Virus record (IMG/VR): IMGVR_UViG_3300045988_101835
DNA length: 64,000 nucleotides
Strand: one strand, 5' to 3'
Source: a virus
Position 1 is the stretch's first letter. Each line of letters opens with the position of its first letter. The position numbers were made by a program, and so were the translations under genes. Of the stretch, positions 34,370-43,100 are shown in pieces. Below the pieces are notes generated by a model. It saw only the letters and a list, made by a program, of their open reading frames with translations, was not told the DNA's origin and searched no databases.

Positions 34370-35500
34370 ATGTTGACCTACAAGTACAAACTCTATAGGA
34401 CGCATCGGACCATATGGTTGGATCGGATGCTTCGTGAGTGTGCGTTTGTATGGAACCATGCGCTTGCACTTCAACGTAGATACTACCATTTGTACGGTAA
34501 GTACGTTTCGTCGGTAGATATGCAGAAGCATTTCGCCAAACGCATCAAGCGGCATCTATTGTACTCACATAATAGCGTTGAGGTATTACAGAGATTGGAC
34601 GCAGCTTACCAACGGTTCTTCAAGAAGCTTGCTAAGCGTCCGCCTAAGTTTCGCCGGGCTTCAGACTTTCAGTCATTCGTCTACAAACTCCACTATGGCT
34701 ATAAAATAGACGGCAATTGCTTTACAATTAACAGACTTAAGAAAACTTATAAATTTCACAAATCCCGTGACTTTGCGGGTGCAATAAAGACGGTTCGTGT
34801 TAAACGCGATCCATGCGGTGACTTTTGGTTATACATTACAACCGATGCCAAAGTAGAAGCCAGCAACACGACATATGATGGTGCGGTTGTAGGAATTGAC
34901 TTTGGCCTTAAGACATATCTGACGTTATCCGACGGGCGCAGCTATGCGAACCCGCAATTCTTCAAGCAGACGCTGCGCGACATCCGTAAGGCGCATCGTC
35001 GGCTGAGCCGTTCCGTCAAAGGATCCAATAACCACCGCCGTCGGTGGTTGGAGCTTGGTCGGATCTACCGTAGGATTAGCAATCATCGCGACGATTATCA
35101 GTGGCGCTTGGCACATGAGTTATGTCGTCGTTATTCTACGATCTGCTTGGAGACACTAAGCCTTGACGGGATGCGCCGGTTGTGGGGTCGCAAGGTTTCG
35201 GATCTCAGCCACGCATCGTTCGTATCGCACTTGGAATTCGTAGCCACTAAGTATGGCACGAGCGTTGTGCATGTCGACAAGTGGTTTGCTAGCAGCAAGA
35301 CGTGTAGTTGTTGCGGATACGTTAATAAGGAGCTTCGTTTGGTTGCTCGATCGTGGGTTTGTCCACAATGTGGTACGCACCATGATCGTGATCTAAACGC
35401 GGCGTTAAACATTAAGCGTTCGGGCATGGGCGCGTTGATTAGTGGTTGTAAGTCCGCTTCGGCGGCCGCCATGCTTGAGTCAAGAATCCAGCGGCTTTAG
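34370..35500 (+). CDS. tnpB: TnpB RNA-guided endonuclease, copy B
   Basis: 376 aa. VVGIDFGLK, ICLETLS and HDRDLNAALNI motifs. CSCCG...CPQCG zinc ribbon. Confidence 0.9.
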   Translation: MLTYKYKLYRTHRTIWLDRMLRECAFVWNHALALQRRYYHLYGKYVSSVDMQKHFAKRIKRHLLYSHNSVEVLQRLDAAYQRFFKKLAKRPPKFRRASDFQSFVYKLHYGYKIDGNCFTINRLKKTYKFHKSRDFAGAIKTVRVKRDPCGDFWLYITTDAKVEASNTTYDGAVVGIDFGLKTYLTLSDGRSYANPQFFKQTLRDIRKAHRRLSRSVKGSNNHRRRWLELGRIYRRISNHRDDYQWRLAHELCRRYSTICLETLSLDGMRRLWGRKVSDLSHASFVSHLEFVATKYGTSVVHVDKWFASSKTCSCCGYVNKELRLVARSWVCPQCGTHHDRDLNAALNIKRSGMGALISGCKSASAAAMLESRIQRL

Positions 35501-35537
35501 CCGCGGGAGTATGTCAAATATGGAGGTTATGATCTCG
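35350..35537 (+). ncRNA. Predicted omegaRNA of TnpB copy B: scaffold to 35517, guide about 35518-35537. Boundaries are approximate.
   Basis: By analogy with characterised TnpB systems. Hairpin gcggc-ttta-gccgc at 35491-35504. Confidence 0.35.
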
Positions 35538-35603
35538 CGGGTTGGGTCCTTAAGATTAAGTCTACTCTCTCGGATATGGGTGTTTCTTTGAACAGTGATT
35601 TTT

Positions 35604-37880
35604 ATGGCTGGGGGAAATAGTACTACTACTTTAGCGAATCTTTATCGTCCCAAGACTTTTGCGGACGTCGTGGGCCAGCCTTTGGCGGTTACCACCTTGA
35701 AGCGTATTGCCCATGCGGACGGTATCGCCGCACGTGCTATTTTTATGAAGGGTGCGTTTGGCTCCGGTAAAACTACGACTGCCCGTATTTTTGCTAGAGC
35801 TTTGAACTGTGATACTTTCAAGCAGACTGACGATGTTTGTAATACGTGTGATGGTTGTCTGGAGGCTTCGTCGGTTAATTCCTCTACGTATTGGGAGCTT
35901 GATGGTACAGTCATAGGTAACGTCGAGGGTATTCGTGCTCTGAAGGAGCGCTTGTCTATTGTTCCTAATGGTCGTAGGGTTGTCTGTCTTGACGAAGTTC
36001 AGAGTTGCTTGTACTATAATACACCTGTAGTGTGTGTATCAGATGACGGCAGTATTTACCGTCAGCCGATTCACAAGATTGTTAATAATCGGCTACCTGT
36101 GAAGGTTCTTTCGGTTAACGCTGCGGGAGGTCTTTGTGTTTCTCGTGTTACGGGTTGGTTTAAGAATCCTCTTAAGCAGTTATGTCGTATTAAGGTACGG
36201 GGCGCTTCTGGTCTTAAAAAGATTGGTTCTGGCTCGCGGGTAATAGTTTGTACTTTAGATCATCGCTTTTTACGTTCGGATGGTGAGTATGTTTGTGCTT
36301 CGGACTTACATTTAGGAGATTCGTTGTCATCTTTTTTTAGTGTGTGCGGGGATCGTTTTATTCAGGCAGAGCTTAATAAGCGTACTGAGTATATCATTTC
36401 CGATTCAACAAAGTCGTTCCTTTATGGGAGTCTTTTGGGTGATATGTACTTTTCTTCTGGTGATGTAAATTACAATTATCGTTTGAAGTGCACTCATGGA
36501 CATGTTCAGCTTTTTTGGTTACGTGAGAAGCATCGTATACTTGGGTGCTTAGCTGGGGCCTTGCGGGAGTTTGTTAGCTCGCCGGGTGCTTATGTTGATT
36601 CAGTTTCTGTTATGAATTCGTTGAGTCATCCTTTATTTACCGAGATGGCGAGAGTTTGTTGTGGTTCTGATGGGAAACGTCACGTAAATATGGAGTGGTT
36701 GTCTCATGTCGACGAGATAGGGTTAGCTGCTTGGTTTATGGATGATGGTTCTTATCATTTTCGTCGTTTGCGTAATAAACAGGTAACCTGCTTGCATGGG
36801 GTTCAACTGTCTACTCATAGCTTTACTTATGAGGAAAATGAACTTTTAGTTAAGTGGTTATCTGATCGTTGGGGTCTAGATTTTTATATTAGGGTTGATA
36901 AGAGATGTGGTAAGCCTTACTTAGTTTCTAGTCATGTTGAGTCTGCTAGGAAGTTTTTAGCACTTGTTGCTCCTTTCCTTTGCAAGGAGTTTCAATATAA
37001 GTTAGGTAACACTTTTGAGGCTGGTGGTGGTGTTAGGTCTATTCCAGCAATTTCCAAGCGAGTCCCGGAATACTTCGGCGGTTTTTTATTCGATGGGGTT
37101 GTCGAGAGTATTGAGATTTTTGACCCTCCGAAGTACTCATCTGTTAAATCTGGCTGTTTGTCTAGCGAGAATAAATATCCTTATGATAATGGTTGGGTAT
37201 ACGACTTGGAGGTAGCAGATACTCATTCTTATATTGCAGGCCGGGGATTTGTGGTTCATAACTGCAGCAGGAGTGCGAGTGACGCTTTATTGAAGGTTGT
37301 CGAGGAGGGAGTTCCTAATACGATCTTTCTCTTTTGTGGCACGGAGGATATCCAGCCAACTTTAAAGTCTCGTTGTGTAAATATTGACATTTCGGTTATT
37401 CCTTTGTCTTTGATTGCGGATCGCGTTCGGTTTATAGCTAACGACCGGGGTATCTCTATTACGGATGATCAGCTTCGAATCTTGGCTATGAAGTCTCAGG
37501 GTCACATGCGGGATGCCCTTCAGTTGCTTCAGTTTTACGAGCTTGCGGGCGAACGTGCTCTTGACAGCTCCTACTTCTTGTTCCGGGAGTTTGTGCGCTC
37601 TTGCTTCGCAAAGGGCGCCGATCCTTCGTCCGTTTTGCCAAAGCTGTTGGTTTATTCCACTGCAGATATAAAGATGTCTGTAGGGCTTCTTATTCGCAAT
37701 ATTTTCGGCAGTGTTCAGGATGACTCTTTGGAGTCTAAGTTCCAGCGTGCGGGTCTGGGTCAGACGTTGTTTAGCTTTTTCTTTTCTCCGTTAGCTCAGC
37801 AGGCTTTGGGTTCTGAGATTGGGACAGAGATTTTGCTTAGGTCTTTAATGGAGCGAACTGCGGGTTCTCGAAAGGTGTAG
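35604..37880 (+). CDS. Clamp-loader AAA+ ATPase (DnaX/RFC/gp44-like) interrupted by an intein
   Basis: LYRPKTFADVVGQ, Walker A GAFGSGKTT, Walker B CLDEVQS, then after the intein SASDALLKVVEEGVP and LKSRC. Confidence 0.85.
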   Translation: MAGGNSTTTLANLYRPKTFADVVGQPLAVTTLKRIAHADGIAARAIFMKGAFGSGKTTTARIFARALNCDTFKQTDDVCNTCDGCLEASSVNSSTYWELDGTVIGNVEGIRALKERLSIVPNGRRVVCLDEVQSCLYYNTPVVCVSDDGSIYRQPIHKIVNNRLPVKVLSVNAAGGLCVSRVTGWFKNPLKQLCRIKVRGASGLKKIGSGSRVIVCTLDHRFLRSDGEYVCASDLHLGDSLSSFFSVCGDRFIQAELNKRTEYIISDSTKSFLYGSLLGDMYFSSGDVNYNYRLKCTHGHVQLFWLREKHRILGCLAGALREFVSSPGAYVDSVSVMNSLSHPLFTEMARVCCGSDGKRHVNMEWLSHVDEIGLAAWFMDDGSYHFRRLRNKQVTCLHGVQLSTHSFTYEENELLVKWLSDRWGLDFYIRVDKRCGKPYLVSSHVESARKFLALVAPFLCKEFQYKLGNTFEAGGGVRSIPAISKRVPEYFGGFLFDGVVESIEIFDPPKYSSVKSGCLSSENKYPYDNGWVYDLEVADTHSYIAGRGFVVHNCSRSASDALLKVVEEGVPNTIFLFCGTEDIQPTLKSRCVNIDISVIPLSLIADRVRFIANDRGISITDDQLRILAMKSQGHMRDALQLLQFYELAGERALDSSYFLFREFVRSCFAKGADPSSVLPKLLVYSTADIKMSVGLLIRNIFGSVQDDSLESKFQRAGLGQTLFSFFFSPLAQQALGSEIGTEILLRSLMERTAGSRKV
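36006..37262 (+). mobile_element. Intein (419 aa) with a LAGLIDADG homing endonuclease, inserted after Walker B of the clamp loader
   Basis: Starts at Cys (CLYYNT), block B TLDH, LYGSLLGDMYF and LAAWFMDDGSY, ends VVHN followed by +1 Cys. Confidence 0.85.
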
Positions 37881-37889
37881 GTTTTTGTT

Positions 37890-38468
37890 ATGGTTGATCG
37901 CGTGGATATTGTAGATTTAGATTCTGCTGCTGAGGTTAGTGTTTCGTCGGCTCGTGTTGTTATAGATAAGCGGCTGTTGCTTTCTTTTTACATGCATCCT
38001 ACGGATGAGACTACGGAGGCGGAGCTTGCTGAGATTAATAAGGTCATCAGCATTGTTTTGAATACTCATTTTGGTAAGTATTACCGCATGTTTGATGACT
38101 TGCGTTCGCAGGCTCTTGCTACTATTATAGAGCGTCATGATCGCTTTGACTCGAAGATGGCAGCTTATCCTTATCTGTATACCATGATTCGCAATGAAGC
38201 GGGTAATTTGATTCGTCGTTTGCTTCGTGAGGATGACCTTGAGGTTCTGCCGCCGTCACGCGGTCGTGTTGCAGAGATTATTCCGAGTGTTTTAGACGAG
38301 CTTCTGCCGTTCTTGTCGGGTGACTCTCCGTTTACACGTATAGAGATTCCGCATGGTCTTGTAGGTCCGTTTCTTGTCTTTTGCCAATGTGGCTTAAACA
38401 AGAAACAGTCGGAGTCGGAGGCTATGGAGTCGGTTATCGGCAAATTGGTTGACATTTTTATTTTTTAA
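37890..38468 (+). CDS. Candidate phage sigma factor (sigma-70 region 2 / T4 gp55-like)
   Basis: 192 aa. HDRFDSKMAAYPYLYTMIRNEAGNLIRRLLRE resembles gp55 [30 protein letters not shown]. Hydrophobic tail LVDIFIF. Confidence 0.45.
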   Translation: MVDRVDIVDLDSAAEVSVSSARVVIDKRLLLSFYMHPTDETTEAELAEINKVISIVLNTHFGKYYRMFDDLRSQALATIIERHDRFDSKMAAYPYLYTMIRNEAGNLIRRLLREDDLEVLPPSRGRVAEIIPSVLDELLPFLSGDSPFTRIEIPHGLVGPFLVFCQCGLNKKQSESEAMESVIGKLVDIFIF

Positions 38469-38480
38469 TTTTATTATCGC

Positions 38481-39386
38481 ATGGACGAAAATACTATTTT
38501 AGGAGAGGATTCTCCCGTCACGAGTTTGGAGTCTTTGGTTCGTCTCGGCACGGCCACGGAGACGGATTTGGGTATGCAGATGCGTGCCATCATGGTAGGT
38601 GTTTCTACCGCTGCTTGTAACATTGTGGAGCGTCTTCACAATCAGTCTATGGCCTGCGCTAATATTATGCAGCGTCTTTCTGACAAGCATTTGGAGAAGT
38701 TGTCGGAGGAGATCGAGACGATGGATCGCACTGAGCTGGATGTTGAGTATAAGAATCTCATGGCTCGTCAGATCGAGGTTGCCAAGCTGGAGATCAAGAT
38801 TGCTCAGGGTAAGGCTATGTTCCCTGAGGATTCTTTCTCGGAGGAGGATCGTAAGATTCTGCGTATGCTTTCGGCGCTTCGTTCGAAGGAGGATCGCCAG
38901 CGCTTCGTTCGCATTCTGTCGGAGGAGTTCGGTGACGAGAATAGCTTCGATAGCGAGCCTGTGGTTCCTTCGGAGCCTATTTACGATGCAGTCGATCCTG
39001 CTGATTCGGAGTTGACGCGCGGTGGTCGTGTTCGTCGTGCGTCACGTAAGGTTTCGGCTGGCCGCGAGATGCCTCAGGATGAGTTCGCTGAGATGGAAAC
39101 TACGGTTACGGTTGCTCCGGAGAATCCCACGAAATCGGTGGATATTGACGTTGTGGTTCCGGATAGCAGTGTCGGCGTTCCGCAGCACGCTATCGAGCCT
39201 ACGCCGACGTCGGGTGTCGAGGTTGGTCCTGAGTCGCTTGCGGATGCTCCGTCGGATGTCAAGCTTCCGGAGCCGCCGGAGATTCCGGGATTCGAGCTTC
39301 CGCATGATGAGTCTCCGGCTCCTGCGCCTGCTGCTCAGCCTGCTCAGGCGATTCCTGACTTTGAGGACGAGTTCGCAGGCATGTAG
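38481..39386 (+). CDS. Hypothetical protein with a coiled-coil N-domain, P/E/A-rich linker and tip IPDFEDEFAGM
   Basis: ORF-track ORF. The tail was read directly from the sequence. Confidence 0.6.
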   Translation: MDENTILGEDSPVTSLESLVRLGTATETDLGMQMRAIMVGVSTAACNIVERLHNQSMACANIMQRLSDKHLEKLSEEIETMDRTELDVEYKNLMARQIEVAKLEIKIAQGKAMFPEDSFSEEDRKILRMLSALRSKEDRQRFVRILSEEFGDENSFDSEPVVPSEPIYDAVDPADSELTRGGRVRRASRKVSAGREMPQDEFAEMETTVTVAPENPTKSVDIDVVVPDSSVGVPQHAIEPTPTSGVEVGPESLADAPSDVKLPEPPEIPGFELPHDESPAPAPAAQPAQAIPDFEDEFAGM

Positions 39387-39400
39387 TCTCCAGCCTTTGA

Positions 39401-39415
39401 GTCAATTATATATCC
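39401..39415 (+). promoter_or_regulatory. Late-promoter-like motif variant (GTCAATTATATATCC) overlapping a 9-bp hairpin at 39415-39438
   Basis: 14 of 15 positions match the consensus. Hairpin is ccggaaatc-N6-gatttctgg. Confidence 0.45.
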
Positions 39416-39454
39416 CGGAAATCTTGGTAGATTTCTGGGGTATTTTGTTTGGTT

Positions 39455-39988
39455 ATGAATGAAGGTTTGATTTGCGGTTTATCGCGTGTTGAGGATTCTC
39501 TGGATGATTTGTATTCGGAGGCCTATGTTGCTTCTATGGGCCAGCTTTTGGAGATTGCGGCCTGCGAGGAGATTCTGGCTTGGGCACAGTATGCTGTAGT
39601 TTCTCCCTATCTTGTTGGCGAGGAGCGTGCTAACATCGAGGAGCTTTTCAATACGAATGCCAAGGACGAGCTTGACGATCATTTCTGGAAGCTCCAGAAC
39701 CGCATGAATGAACTTCAGTACGTCCCTAAGACGTTATTTGACTTTTCTAAGATTCAGTCTACCGCCCGTTGTGAGTACCATATCCCTACGGATGTTGCGG
39801 ACTTGATTACGCTTCTCAAGCAGAATATCGAGTCGGAGGAGTGCGCTATTCGCACTTACCAGAATATCATTATGGTTGCCCGTGATAATTCCGATTTTGT
39901 CACGGAGCGTATTGCTAAGGAGATTCAGGACGACGAGGCTCAGCATCTCTCGGACTTGAATGACTTTTTGGCCGACTTGGAGTCTTAG
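39455..39988 (+). CDS. Ferritin-like (bacterioferritin/rubrerythrin-fold) protein
   Basis: EEILAWAQY, KDELDDHF, SEECAIRTY and DDEAQH resemble the E...ExxH...E...ExxH di-iron pattern. Confidence 0.45.
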   Translation: MNEGLICGLSRVEDSLDDLYSEAYVASMGQLLEIAACEEILAWAQYAVVSPYLVGEERANIEELFNTNAKDELDDHFWKLQNRMNELQYVPKTLFDFSKIQSTARCEYHIPTDVADLITLLKQNIESEECAIRTYQNIIMVARDNSDFVTERIAKEIQDDEAQHLSDLNDFLADLES

Positions 39989-40108
39989 TTTTTAGATTGC
40001 CGCCGTCACTGCACTGATGGCTGACAGTTGCCTTTATATTGTGTGTGCCCTCTGGGGATCGCCATCGTGCAGGGTGGCGTCCCTTTGGGGGCTTTCTAGT
40101 TTGGGTCT

Positions 40109-43100
40109 ATGGGGTCAGTTAAGGATACGATACAGCGTCGGGGTGGTGTTGCTTCTGCCGTCAGCGACTTGCTTCTTACGGAGCGCAAGCTAGTAGGATT
40201 TCGGGAGTTTATTCTTTCTCCAGACTATATGGCTTTGGAGGGGGTCTATCCTTTCTGGTTGAAGGAGGCAGATAACATGCAGGATGACTTGTCTTCACTG
40301 GTGTTGACAGGCTCATTAGGAGGCGGCAAGTGCGTAGTTTACAGCGACTTGGTATCGACGGATCATGGGTACGTTCCTATTGGGTCTTTGGTTCCAGATG
40401 CGGGTTATGGCTTCACACCGTTCGAGGTTGGTGTCGAGCAGCCAGATGGTAGCTTTGCGCAGACGAGTCATTTCTACAAGGAGAAGGACGCGGAGGTGCT
40501 TCACTTGCGTTGTGCTAGTGGTCGGAGTTATAGTGGTACTGCGGATCATCCTCGGTTAGCTTATCGTGTCGGCTCGGATCGCGTTGAGTTGGTTCGCTGT
40601 GGCGACTTGCGTGTCGGTGATTATATCGCCCGCCGTTGGACAGGTAGTATCGAGTTGCATCCGGACGCAGATGAGGCTAAGCTTTATTGCTTGTATGGTG
40701 TCTGGCTTGGGGATGGTCATTTTGATAATGCTGTTCCTCACAATCCAGTTATAGGTTATTTGTCATGTGATACTTTAGCTGATTGGTGTCGTGAGGTTGA
40801 AGGCTATTTGACGAGTAATGCTCATATTTGTAAAGAGAGTGGCTGTCGGTTATATTCGTTGCCGTTGTATCGCTCTAGGCTTCGTGATTTTATAGGTGGT
40901 TACTGTGTCGCTAATACGAAGTATATTCACAGTGCTGCTTTCGGAAGTCGTGAGCGTGCATTTTACACGTTGTATGGTTTGCTTATTACAGATGGGTATG
41001 TAAATAAAGGTCATGGGACGCTTGGGTTTGCTACAGTTTCTCCGCGTTTGGCGGATGGTGTATGTAGCATTCTCGACTATCTTGGTTTGCAGTATAGCAT
41101 CCGGAAGCGTACAGATCGCAAGTATTTTTATAAGAAGGTTGGTGAGTGGCGTCCGGCGCAGGACAGTTATCGGATAACTATATCAGTTGAGTCATCGCAT
41201 GCTTTATACGATGCTATGCTAGCTTACGTTCCTCTCCTTGAGATGGATGCTCCGCATCAGCGTCGTCTTATTGAAGGGCTTCGTGCAGATTTTGAGGCTC
41301 GTGCTAGTAAGAGTTCTCGAATAAACTGTAAGACTACTTTCAAGTTAGAAGGTGCTGAGGTTGGCATAGTGGCGCAGCTGCGTTCGGTTCGTCAGTTGAC
41401 GGATGTGTCGACGCGAAATAAGTTTGATTCTTATGCTAGGACTACCCATTCTATGTTGGGGAATAAAGCTGCATCCAATCAGGCTTTCGAACGTTTGCGA
41501 GCGTGGTTGGAGGATCGAGGTCAGACGTTGCCGGACAACTTGGCTTCTTTTTGTGATGTTCGTTTTGACCGAATTGAGAGTATTGATACGACGGTTGAGG
41601 ATGTTTATGATGTTACAGTTCCTTCGACGCATTTGTTCATGTCGGGGAATGTGGTGAATCATAATACGTCTTACCTGAATATGGTTACTTGCTATAAGTT
41701 GTATTGCTGGTTTAGTCAGGGCGACTTGTATAACTATTTTCAAATCCTTCGTGGTACGCCTATTTACTTTTTGTACTTCTCTGTATCGATGAAGGCTGCG
41801 GAGCGTTCTGGTTTCAAGCAGTTGCGACAGATGATTGATAATGCCCCGTGGTTTAAAAATAATTTTCCGCGCCGTAAGGACATTCAGTCTTCCATTCAGT
41901 TTAATAATAATTTCTCAATTGAGTTTGCTTCGGGTGAGAGTCATGCTATTGGTTTGAATGTCGTTGGTGCTATTATTGACGAGGCTAATTTCAGGAATGG
42001 TGTCGGTCAGGGTACTGTTTCAGAGTATTCGGAGGTCCAGCGTTTGGCTCAGCAGTTGGAGGACCGTATGCATTCTCGTTTTACCCGTGAGGGCGGTAAG
42101 TTGATTTCTTTCATGGGGTACATTTCCTCGGCTTCTTATCAGTCTTCGTTTATCGAGGAGAAGGTTGCCGAGTTGGCATCTGATCCGCAGGGTCGTGTTA
42201 TTAATGCCGTTCAGTATAAGATTTGTCCTCAGAATTACTCGCCTAAGAAGTTCGAGGTGTTCTGTGGCTACCAGCAGATTTCCCCGTGTATTGTCCAGAG
42301 CAAGGAGCATAAGGCTACGCTTGTGAAGTCTATGAGTCTTCCGAAGTCTAAGGCGGAGGGTTATTTCGAGCGTGTTCCGGAGGATCTGAAGTCGCAGTTC
42401 AAGAAGAACATCTATCTGGCCATCCAGAATCATTGCGGACGTTCTACAGCGGCTAAGGGTAGCTTCATCACGAACTATGATGTCGTTCGCAAGGCGTATA
42501 GTGATGCGTTGCTTCGTGCGTGTCCTTTGGTTCAGAGTAGTATTGTTGTCTCGGATCAGGACGATACTCCTATCCGCTCTGTTCTGGATATTTCACGTTT
42601 ACAGTATACGGATCGTCCTCATGCCCTGTGCTTGGACTTGTCTTTGACGGGCGACCACGGTTCTTTGTGCTGTGTTCGGTTTGATGGCTATGCGGCAGAC
42701 GGCAGGGCTTTGCATAATGAGGTTTTCAACTTAGAGCTTGTTCCTCCGGCGTTTCCGGGGATGTTGAAGGTTTCGAAGGTCGAGGATTTCATTTTGTGGC
42801 TTGCAGAGCATTTGAATATTGTGGTTTTTAGTACTGACCAGTTCCAGTCCACGCAGCTTCGTCAGAATGTGTGCGAGGCTTTGATGCTTCCGGATATCCG
42901 CCTTTCTTTGGATAGTTCCGACATTCCTCATTTGTTGTGGCTTTCGATGTTAGTTGACGAGCGTCTTGGTCTTCTTTACTTGGAGCGTCAGGATCGAGAG
43001 ATTCGGGAGGCGGTCCATGATGTTGTCAAGCATAAGGTTGTCAAGCGTGACGGGTCTTCAGACGACCAGTTCCAGACTTTGGTCGGTGCCTTCTTCTTGT

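Larger units (their letters stand above)
33862..35517 (+). mobile_element. IS605-family insertion sequence (divergent tnpA and tnpB) with IS608-like end geometry
   Basis: TTAC at 33858-33861 lies 19 nt 5' of left hairpin cccacgcc-ttta-ggcgtggg (33881-33900). The right hairpin foot is at 35507 and TCAA at 35514-35517, 10 nt 3' of it. Confidence 0.8.

Noticed and set aside
33912-34469. The 185-aa version of the - strand ORF, which gives TnpA an N-terminal extension.
   Set aside because: The conserved TnpA sequence begins at the internal Met (34310). The extension overlaps the tnpB promoter and the tnpB 5' end.
35518-35620. Alternative reading YGGYDLAGWVLKIKSTLSDMGVSLNSDFYGWGK* as the displaced C-terminus of ORF 33310.
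   Set aside because: With the IS boundaries fixed by the TTAC/TCAA geometry, this frame is not the one restored on excision. The restored frame ends after 4 codons (IWRL*). The longer frame is probably another composition-driven open frame, though I cannot exclude it.
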